Origin: Candidatus Ozemobacteraceae bacterium
GTDB lineage: Bacteria; Muiribacteriota; Ozemobacteria; Ozemobacterales; Ozemobacteraceae
Assembly: GCA_965140445.1 (NCBI GenBank)
Contig: OZ223236.1
Span: 1,728,001-1,792,000, forward strand
Reading direction: 5' to 3'
DNA: 64,000 nucleotides
Positions 18,246 through 27,300 of the stretch are shown here, piece after piece. The notes under the pieces are model-generated. The model was not told the DNA's origin. It saw only the letters and a program-made list of their open reading frames with translations, and ran no database searches. The translations under genes and the position numbers were made by a program. The stretch's first letter is position 1. Each line of letters starts with the position of its first letter.

Positions 18246-18800
18246 ATGGATTTGACTCTAATCTTGATCGCGATTGGTATTATCGTTGTAATTGTGATTA
18301 TTGTCTTTGTTTTGACTTCAAAAGACAAAGGTAAGGATCAGGAAAAGAAGGTGGTAACTGCTGCCACTGAGGAAAAGAAAGAAACAATTACCCATAAAAG
18401 GTTCAAACAAGTTCTTTCTGGAAATGATTTGCAAAGTGACATGAAGGCGGAAGAAGAAGAATTGTTAACTAAATATACTGCAGGAACCGGCGAAGGCATT
18501 AACGAAGTAGAAAAGTTGCTAGAAGGCGACCCAAACAACGTTGACCTTTTAGATTGGCTGGCATTTATGTATTACAGCAACAATAACATTGATAAAGCTA
18601 TCGAAACTTATAAGCGCGCTCTGGCCATAAAACCAGATAATGAAAACCAGCACTACTATCTTGCAAACAGCTATTTTAAGAAGGGCATGTATGCTGAAGG
18701 CAAAAAAGAATGGAATGAAGTTATTAGATTAAAACCTAATTCCAAAATTGCCAAAAATGCTCAGGAAAGAATTGATTATATAGCTTCACAAGGTAAATAG
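18246..18800 (+). CDS. Membrane-anchored TPR protein
   Basis: N-terminal hydrophobic anchor and C-terminal TPRs (LAFMYYSNNNIDKAIETYKRALAIKPDN; LANSYFKKGMYAEG). Confidence 0.85.
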   Translation: MDLTLILIAIGIIVVIVIIVFVLTSKDKGKDQEKKVVTAATEEKKETITHKRFKQVLSGNDLQSDMKAEEEELLTKYTAGTGEGINEVEKLLEGDPNNVDLLDWLAFMYYSNNNIDKAIETYKRALAIKPDNENQHYYLANSYFKKGMYAEGKKEWNEVIRLKPNSKIAKNAQERIDYIASQGK

Positions 18801-18822
18801 TATCTGTTCTTGAAAGGGAAAT

Positions 18823-20451
18823 ATGCCAGTCGTTAATCCTCCAGAATTAACGCGTTACCATCTGCTCGACCTTATTGGTTGCGGTGGAATGGGCTCTGTT
18901 TACATTGGCTACCAACTTGAGACCGAAAAGCTGGTAGCTATTAAAATTCTTGCGCCTGAAGTGTCTAATATTCCTGCTGTTTTGGAACAGTTTAAGCAGG
19001 AAGGGCAGATTCTTGGGGCTCTTCACCACCAAAACATCGTCAAATATCTTGATCAAGGATATGAGGGCGATCACCATTATTTGGTGATGGACTACGTGAA
19101 GGGGTTGTCTTTAGATAATTTCCCACTGGGTCACTCGATGACAACCATGGGGATAAAGCAAACCCTTCCTACAATTGAAGAATACCTGTCTGTGTTTATT
19201 GGCTGTTTTGAAGCCCTTGCGTATGTTCATAAAAAAGGTCTGGTTCATAGAGATATTAAACCGCAGAATATTATTCTCCGCGGAAGCGAATATAAGCCTT
19301 GCTTGATTGATTTTGGCATTGCCAAATACGTTGAGGAAGATGATGATCTAAATCTTACTGGCGAGGGGATGTTTACTGTTGCCTATGCTAGTCCTGAGCA
19401 ACTTACAAATAAACCAGTAGATTTCGTTTCTGATCTGTTTTCTTTTGGCGTTGTAATGTACGAAAAGCTAACTGGCCATCTTCCGTTTCAAGGACGTAAG
19501 GCCATGCAGGTTTTTATTGAGCAGACCAAGTGGAATTTCCCGCCCCCAAGACAGTTGAATCCAAGTATTCCGCAAAAGCTTGAACAGATTGTTTTAAAGC
19601 TGCTTACAAGAGACCCTAGTTTGAGGTATCCCACTGCTGAAATGGTTCAGGGTGAGCTTGAGCGATTGCTTGAGGTTACTAAACAAGGTAAGCAGGGATT
19701 GGCTCTTAGCGGTATTTCTGGTGATATTCGTGGTGTTCAAATTGCTCGACGTGGATTTAAGAAAAGAACGGTTAGTGAAGAGCAGGTTATTCTTAAAAAG
19801 AGCAGAGCGGAATTTGTAGATGCCCGTCAAAAGCTAAAGGTTGAAAGAGCCAGATTAAGGCCCGATTATGAAAAAGTCGAAATTTTATCAACTTTATGTG
19901 ATACGCTCCAGAATGAGTATGATAAGCTGCAAAATCAGCTAAAGATGGCATTAGGCTTCAAATCTCAGCCTTTGGTAGTTGATAAGTGTAATTCAATTTT
20001 CAAAATGGAAACCATAGCATTTGAAAAAAGAGGAATTCCATTTAATATCAACACAATTGAGCAAAGACTCACTACCACTGAAGGAAAAGATATTATCGTA
20101 GGAAGCTTAAATTTTACTGAAAGAGCAAAAAGATCTTACTCTATAAATAAGAGGGACTCCTTTTTGGCCTGGGATCATTCAAATTGGTTCTTTGGTTCCT
20201 ATGAAGAAAAAGATTTTCCAATTTTTGTAATGCTCGGGGATAAGAATATGCCTAAGTGTCCAGCCGGTTTTAAAGGCTTCTTCTGGCCCTATGAATTTTT
20301 ACTTGCTATTCACAAGCTTGGTTGGACAGGAGTTTCAATAGTAGAAAACTTTAGCGGTGTTGACAGAAGTGGACGAGCGGTGTTTGCCGAACATAAAGAA
20401 ACGATTCTGTTTTCTCAGAATATCTTTGATAAAATTCTAGGTGTTCGCTAA
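18823..20451 (+). CDS. Hanks-type Ser/Thr protein kinase with a coiled coil and an unassigned C-terminal domain; no TM segment
   Basis: GCGGMGSVY, VAIK, HRDIKPQN, DFG, YASPE, DLFSFG. Confidence 0.93.
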   Translation: MPVVNPPELTRYHLLDLIGCGGMGSVYIGYQLETEKLVAIKILAPEVSNIPAVLEQFKQEGQILGALHHQNIVKYLDQGYEGDHHYLVMDYVKGLSLDNFPLGHSMTTMGIKQTLPTIEEYLSVFIGCFEALAYVHKKGLVHRDIKPQNIILRGSEYKPCLIDFGIAKYVEEDDDLNLTGEGMFTVAYASPEQLTNKPVDFVSDLFSFGVVMYEKLTGHLPFQGRKAMQVFIEQTKWNFPPPRQLNPSIPQKLEQIVLKLLTRDPSLRYPTAEMVQGELERLLEVTKQGKQGLALSGISGDIRGVQIARRGFKKRTVSEEQVILKKSRAEFVDARQKLKVERARLRPDYEKVEILSTLCDTLQNEYDKLQNQLKMALGFKSQPLVVDKCNSIFKMETIAFEKRGIPFNINTIEQRLTTTEGKDIIVGSLNFTERAKRSYSINKRDSFLAWDHSNWFFGSYEEKDFPIFVMLGDKNMPKCPAGFKGFFWPYEFLLAIHKLGWTGVSIVENFSGVDRSGRAVFAEHKETILFSQNIFDKILGVR

Positions 20452-20464
20452 TTTAAGGCTAACA

Positions 20465-20920
20465 ATGGAAACAAGAAAATTCATTCAAGAACTAATTAAA
20501 TCTTATAGCAAACTTCGAGTTGCAAATGAGTCCTTTGTTCAAAGTAAGGTGGATCTGGAAAAGTTTCAATCTCTTATTGACCAGCGAGCTTTGATCTTTG
20601 AGGATCTTCAGATTCTCGAGACTGAAATATCTAATTTTTTTCAAAGAGAGACGAAATTAGAAACAGCAGAAAAGCTGCCTTTGAAGATTTTAAAAATAGC
20701 AACTCAGCAGTCCAATGATCCCGAGGCTCAGGAATTGTATTCCAACTTATTAAGTGAACTTGAGTCGCTAGTGCTCTCAGATAAAGCTGTGGAAGAGTTT
20801 GTTGGTCAGCAGAAGGCTGAAGTTAAGGCTGAGTTAAATAAGGTTCGGAGAGGGAAGGCTATCAGAGGATATGCTCAAACCGGACCAATCGGTAGTTGTT
20901 TCATTAACAAAATAAAATAG
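20465..20920 (+). CDS. Helical protein resembling FlgN/FliT-type flagellar export chaperones
   Basis: All-helical ~150 aa ending ELNKVRRGKAIRGYAQ...FINKIK, a pattern seen in FlgN-like proteins. Likely ATG at 20465 (ORF track starts at 20441). Confidence 0.55.
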   Translation: METRKFIQELIKSYSKLRVANESFVQSKVDLEKFQSLIDQRALIFEDLQILETEISNFFQRETKLETAEKLPLKILKIATQQSNDPEAQELYSNLLSELESLVLSDKAVEEFVGQQKAEVKAELNKVRRGKAIRGYAQTGPIGSCFINKIK

Positions 20921-20947
20921 GGCTTTTTCCTTGGAAAAAGCCCTATT
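20916..20947. terminator. Terminator-like hairpin between convergent genes
   Basis: AATAGGGCTTTTTCC-TT-GGAAAAAGCCCTATT perfect inverted repeat. Confidence 0.8.
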
Positions 20948-20968
20948 CTTGTTTAAGTTTAACTTGTT

Positions 20969-21292
20969 TTAGAACATTCCTGGAATATTCATTCCACCAG
21001 TAATATCGCCCATTTCTTCCTGAACCATTTCCTGCGATTTTTTTAGCCCTGCATTTACTGCTGACAAAACAAGATCCTGCAATGTTTCTACATCTTCTGG
21101 GTCTACTGCTTCAGGATTGATTTCAATCTTAAGCAATTCTTGTCCACCACTGAAAACGACTTTAACCATTCCGCCGCCTACTGTAGTTTCTACTGTTTTG
21201 TCTTTGAGGCCTTCCTGAGCTTTCTGGATTTGTTCTTGCATTTTCTGAGCCTGTTTCATTAGGCCCTGCATGTTGAAACCACCTTTACCCAT
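20969..21292 (-). CDS. ybaB: Nucleoid-associated protein YbaB/EbfC
   Basis: NMQGLMKQAQKMQ...GGGMVKV...DPEDVETLQDLVLSAVN...TGGMNIPGMF. Confidence 0.96.
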   Translation of the reverse strand: MGKGGFNMQGLMKQAQKMQEQIQKAQEGLKDKTVETTVGGGMVKVVFSGGQELLKIEINPEAVDPEDVETLQDLVLSAVNAGLKKSQEMVQEEMGDITGGMNIPGMF

Positions 21293-21340
21293 TGTGTTAC
21301 TCCTTAATAAACTAAATTAACAGATCAAATAATATCAGAA

Positions 21341-24300
21341 TCAGCGTAAAACCGCAAATTTACCTTTGGCTCTTTTTCTGGTTGTTGGATAGGCTGCGTC
21401 TGATTCGAGAGAGATTTTGAAGAAATAAACGCCGTTGGCTATTCTGCTTGGTATTCTCCATGTATGTCGGTTCTCGCCTTCCTGCCCTCGTAAGTATTTC
21501 CCGTAAACCTGATCCCCTGCAGTGTCAAAAACTCTCAGTTCAAGATTTCCTGGAAAATTAAGGTAATAGGTGAAAGTTACCTGATTTCCACGTGCAGGAC
21601 TAGGATAAACAAAAACGTTGTCTAAGCGGTTTTCTGGGAGATACTTAATTGAAGTTTTTATCGATGGGTCTTTATCGGAAACGATATATATTGTTTCGCC
21701 GGGAAGTGCTTTCAGTTGACCAGATGAAGCTCGCGAAAACTCTGAATTAATGGTCACAAATGTTCTGAAGCTATTTGAATGTGCGGCAATTTCATATGCT
21801 CTGGTTTTGAATCCAGCTCTATCTGATTCTGAATATATCCAGACTACTGTGTTGTCCTGGGTATACCAGTTTAGGTCTTCGGCAACAATTTCAATAAAGA
21901 GACTTGGGTTTAAAAGTCGACCGCTAACTGGTTTGGCGAAATTCTTTTCTGAGAAAAGATTTACTCCCAAAATCTTCTGTGGAGAAGCAGAGTTAGAGAG
22001 TTTGTAAAAATATTTTTTTTGATCATTTGATAATTGGGGGGCAGAAAGCTCTATCCATTCACCTGGATTAAGACTTAGCGGATGCTGCGGAATTGCTTTA
22101 GTAGGGCTAATGTTAAATTGACACCGAAATTTTCCGCTTCCGGTAGCGGCTGGTTCTAATTTCAGTGAAGCAGTTTGAGTAGAAGTTGCTGCTTGCTTGA
22201 TATTTAATGAATAACTAATTGAAGAATCCAGCTGAGCAGTGTTGGAGGCAGATACTTCTACGTAGATTGTATTTTGTGTAAGAGTATCTCCTGTAATCGG
22301 AAGGAGGAAATCTGAATCTGTATAGAGGTTTATTCCTTGCTGTCCACCAGTTGAGAAAATCCTTGGTGCTGGATTCAATGGTTGTCCCAGATAGTCTGTC
22401 AGGCCGGAGAACAGTATTGTACAGCTAGCATTAGCTGGTAGAGCTTTTGCAGGGTTCCAGGCAAGGTTGTAACTGTCTGTTGAGTTAAGAGAAAGATTAA
22501 AGTTTGTAACTCCCTGGGAATGAGAAACGGAAACTGCATTGTTGGCAGTTTTTGCACTCATTTTTCTTGAGAAGCTCGCAACGATTGAAGTTACGTCAGA
22601 AACATTTGTTGCACCGGTGGCTGGAAAAATTCCCAACAGGTTTGGTAGAGAGGCTATTTTGAAGCTGAGAGAAGGGGTTGTGAAAAATTGAAGTGTTGCT
22701 GTTGCGTTTTCGGAATAACTGCCTGGAAGAGAAAATGAATTTTTAAAAGAACCCGGGAAACCTGCCACTTCGGGGAGCACTATTTGATAGCTTGACGTTC
22801 CAATGGAAATGGCCACAGTCCTTGTTTCTGCCCTTGTTTCAAAAGCATTTGTTGTAGTTGCCAGAATTTCTATGTTTCCAGCTGCTGCTTCCATAGTCTG
22901 GCTGATTGGTTTTAGCGATTCCGGGGATAATCCTGTATAAATTTCCATTGATGCACTGGTGATGCTGAGAGTAGAAAAGCTAAGTGATTCTGGGTTCAGA
23001 AACAATCCGTTGGAATCATGAAGAGATGTATTAATTGAGATTCTGTTAATTGTGCCTGTCGCCCAACCAAATTTGGGTGAAACTGAAATTGTTTTGTTCA
23101 AATTTGTTGTGCTGAAATCCAGTAGAGTTGGAGAAGATGAATTTTGGCTCTGACTTGTTAAACCTAATTGAAGAGTTGATGGATTAATGGGTTGACTAAA
23201 AGTTAATTCTATTGGCTTGTCTAAAAATAAATTTGTGGAGCCAGAAGCTGGGTTAACAGAGGTTATCTTCGTTCGATTGGAAACTACAATGTTGAGATTA
23301 AAGGTTGTATTTACCTGTGATTGAACTTTGATGGTTGTTCCGACCGGCAAATTTACAGGCAGGGCGTATCTGTAGATTCCAGAAGGTGGGTCGGTTTCCA
23401 CCATAACTAACTCTAGTCCATCAATGGTGCCGTCGCTAGAATCTATTCTTAATTTTGCTGTGTCAATGGTTGAGAAAGAAAGATCGTTAGCAACCAATTC
23501 CAGATATAGAGTCCCATTTGTAGCAACGGCCAGTGTGGAGGTAGCATAATTGCTTGTTTCAAAATTTGCCAGTTTTGAAATAATGGTTGGAGGGGGCGGG
23601 GGAGGCTGAGTTTCAAATCTGCTAATTATTGTTTTTCCAAGTAAATTCCCGGCAGTGTCTTTTATGGTTGCAGGCACTCTCATTTCATAAAGACTAACCA
23701 GGGACAAAATGTTATTCGGTTGGATGCGTATTTGCTTGCCGCTAGGACTCGTTGAAATGGTGGACGGAACTTCAAGGCCAGTGGAAACTTTTATCAGCTT
23801 AAAATTTGAAAGACTTACATCGGAGGGAGATACTGGACGACTAAAATTCCAGCTTGGCCATGTATCTGCCGCAACACCTGTTGAACCGCTTGCTGGGGTA
23901 AATGATAAAACGGAGAAAGCTGGAAGAATATTAAGTTGAGATTCTAACCATGGAGCTTTTTCTGGAATGATTCTCAATAGTCCTTCCTGTGAAGGAGCGA
24001 TGAATTGACCTGCAAATTTGCCAGCAAGACCTTCAGTGCATGTGAAAAGGCTTGTTGAGGCAATTGTGGAAAATTTGACTGGGGTCGTTTCTGTCTTATT
24101 AAAGAAAGAATCGGATCCACTTAAAAGAGTGTAGATGATGGTGTTTTGCTCTATGCTGCTCCCGCTGGCAATAGACTGAGTGCGCGCTGCATCTTTGAAT
24201 AGCTCTAGTGTTGAGAATGTTGGGGTCAGGGTTGTAAATGAAGCTGTAAAATTCTGTAAAGGTAAATTGTCGGTATCCTTTAAGATTGGTTCTATCTGTA

Positions 24301-27300
24301 AAATTACTATGGCGGAAGGTTCCAGCTCACTCATAATTTTAATGGATGTCGGAGCGGTTTGGGTAAGGGTGTAGGATGCAAGGTTTCCGTTGGAAATAAG
24401 CTTTATACTTGATGTAGAAATGGTTGGGGCAGAAATGTTTTTATTAAAGCCCAAAGTAAATTCATTGTTCAAATAGAGATTTAAGCTTCCCGAAGCTGGC
24501 GAAATGCTGGTTACTTTTGGATAATAAAAGGTTTTAAGGCTTTTGTTTATAGTAGGGTTTGTGAGCGAAGAAAACAAAATAGAGGCCGATTCATCAGAAA
24601 ACACTTCTTTCGAACCTCTAAAAATTCCAGTATTTACTCCTGTTTCTACTAATGTAACGGTAAATGAAGCGGCGGTTTTGTCTGAGCTGATTGTTATTTT
24701 CGTTGAGTCGTTTGTGACGTTAGATAAATCTACTGCAGATATCTGAACAAATATTTCAGATGATGGTGCAATCATGTCATTATTTGCAAGTTCCGTTGTA
24801 AACGCAGAATTAGAAAACAATCTTATAGAATTAACTGTGACCGGGGGAACTGATGTGATTTGTGTTTTAAAAGTTGAAAGATAAGTCGTTAGGGTTGTAT
24901 TTCCAATCTCGTCTCTGATATTTGATGCTCTGATAAAATAGTCTGTAGCGTATTCTAGAGGAGACATGGGGGTTATAACGATTTTCTTCCCGGTGGCATT
25001 GTATGCAACGTTTATTGGAATGCTTGATCCGCCGGATTTTATTAATTGGATACTGGATGTGCTCACTGTAGAAGCATTTAGTTGTTCATCTGCAAGAAGT
25101 TCAATAGCTGTATTTATTGATACATTTGTTGCTCCAGATGCTGGGATACTCTGAGATAGGGATGGATATGAGAGCAGTAGGGTTTGACTTGCTGCTGGAT
25201 TTGTTTTTGAGCTTGCAATAAGTTTGAAACCATTCCCAAGTGGGCTGTAGTTGTATGATCCTCTAAATAAGCCGGTATTAAATCCGGTTTCCATCAACTG
25301 AATATTTACACCGGTAGAAATGCTTGCAATTGTCGAGTCAATAGTATTTGGGGCAAGGTCTGTGCCTGTAATCTCCAGATATATGGTTCCTGAACCGGGA
25401 AAGTCCGAATTAGTATTCAATTCGCTTAATGCATTGTAGGTGGGGGATGAGTAAATCTTGAATTGCGATATCGCAGATGGGGGAGTTTGTGCAGCCTGAG
25501 TGGTAAAAGAGAATAAGAAGTCTCTAAATAGTGGGTTTCCAGTTGTTGAGGTTAAGCCGTCGTTGGCGTATTTTCCAGAAACAGAGATTTTGCTGGAATA
25601 CGGCAGAGAGCTGCTTGGTGTAAAAGTTATGCTTTTTTTGTCAGTAGATAGCAATCTGCTGCCTGAAATAGGTGTTGCTCCAGAGGCCACTATGAAGCTT
25701 GTTGAGCTTCCTGGAGACGATAAAGGGATGTTGAAAGCGGTTGTAATATTGCTGTCTACCCTTACATTTATTGCTCCAGAAGCATTGCTAACCCCAGAAA
25801 TACCTTGAACAAGAGTCTTAGGATGATCTACCGATGGAAACCCAAGTGTTAAAGTCGCAATTTTACTTGGTGTTATTTCAGGGAAAACGCTTATAGTTGC
25901 TATGCTTAGCGGCGGTTGTGGGGTTGGGTAACCGTATACCGGGAGCGAATTCAGGTTAAAGCTTCCGGTAAAAAGTCCAGATGAATTTGAGGCTGTTTCC
26001 TGAAGCGCTATTTTGTATAAAGGCCCCCAGGAAAGGGATAGCGAAATTGTTGCCAGATCCTGCGTTTGGGTTGCCCCATCAACGCCTGTTGTCTTTATAT
26101 AGATTGTGCTTGTCGCTGGAATGGATTCCATTGCAGCAAATCCGTCTGTATATAAGGCATCTCTATAAAGATTTATACTTACAAGTGATGAGGGCTGGGT
26201 TATGGCTGGTTGTGTGCTGAAGCTGAAAGTAAAGGTGGCAGGAACGTTCGAGAGACCATTTCCGGCTAAGTCAGTAACAGAAGGGCCGACTTGACATACG
26301 TAGGTGGATTCTGTGGTTAGAAGACTCTCAGAGGAGTCGTCTGGATCTATGGTTATCTTATTCCCTGAAACTATTGCTGTATAGCTCGCGGGAAGGCCAT
26401 TGCGCGTGATTTTTATTGTTCCGGGGGTTGCAGAGCTGGCGAGCATATCTTCTGAGAACGAAAGAGAAATTCTCTGGTCTATTGTAACGTTGCTGGCACC
26501 ATTTGCCGGATAGTTTCCAGTGAGAGTTGGAGGAATTATGTCCTCAATTTTAAAACTGTAGATGAGAGGGGACAGTTGTGGATTTCCTTTTGAATCCAGA
26601 AGACCTGAAACGGTAACAACGTAAGTTTTTTCGCTTTGCATCAAAGACGTGGGCGATAAAGTGATTTGGCGGGTAATTGCATTATAAGACCTGTTTACAT
26701 CAACGCTTGTGCCATTTAATGTTAGCTTTAAATTAGTTGAGTTAATGGAAGCAGGATTTATGGCTTCATCTGCCTGAATTGTTATTGTGCTGTTAACAGG
26801 AACATTTGTTGCTGCGGATGCTGGCGATATGGGAGTGGCTCGTGGATAAGTTATTAGAAGTGATGCGCTGGAAGTTGGAGTTTTTGCAGAATCAACCTTA
26901 AGATTGAACCTGTCAGGTAGCGAGTTAAAGCTGTAAGAACCCCGGAATACCCCAGTGAAAGAAGCGGTTTCAGTTAAATTAACTGTTAATCCGGTTGAAA
27001 TGGATGCAATTGCATAGTCTCTTGTTAAGCTTGAGCCATCTACTCCTGTCATTTTGATGTATATGGTGCCGGTTGCAGAAAAATCCTCGTTATGGGGAAG
27101 CAGGGAGGAGAATCCAGAGTCAGAGTATAAACTAACGTTTGAGATCGAAATTGGTCTTGTTTGTGAAGCTTGAGTAGAGAAGCTGCTAGTGTAAGTTGCG
27201 GGATTATTGAAGTAAGGATTGCCTTTTAAGTCTTGAATTCCATACCCAAACTGAATTTGATATGTGCTGTCTGGAAATAGATAGCCTTCACTTGAGTCAT

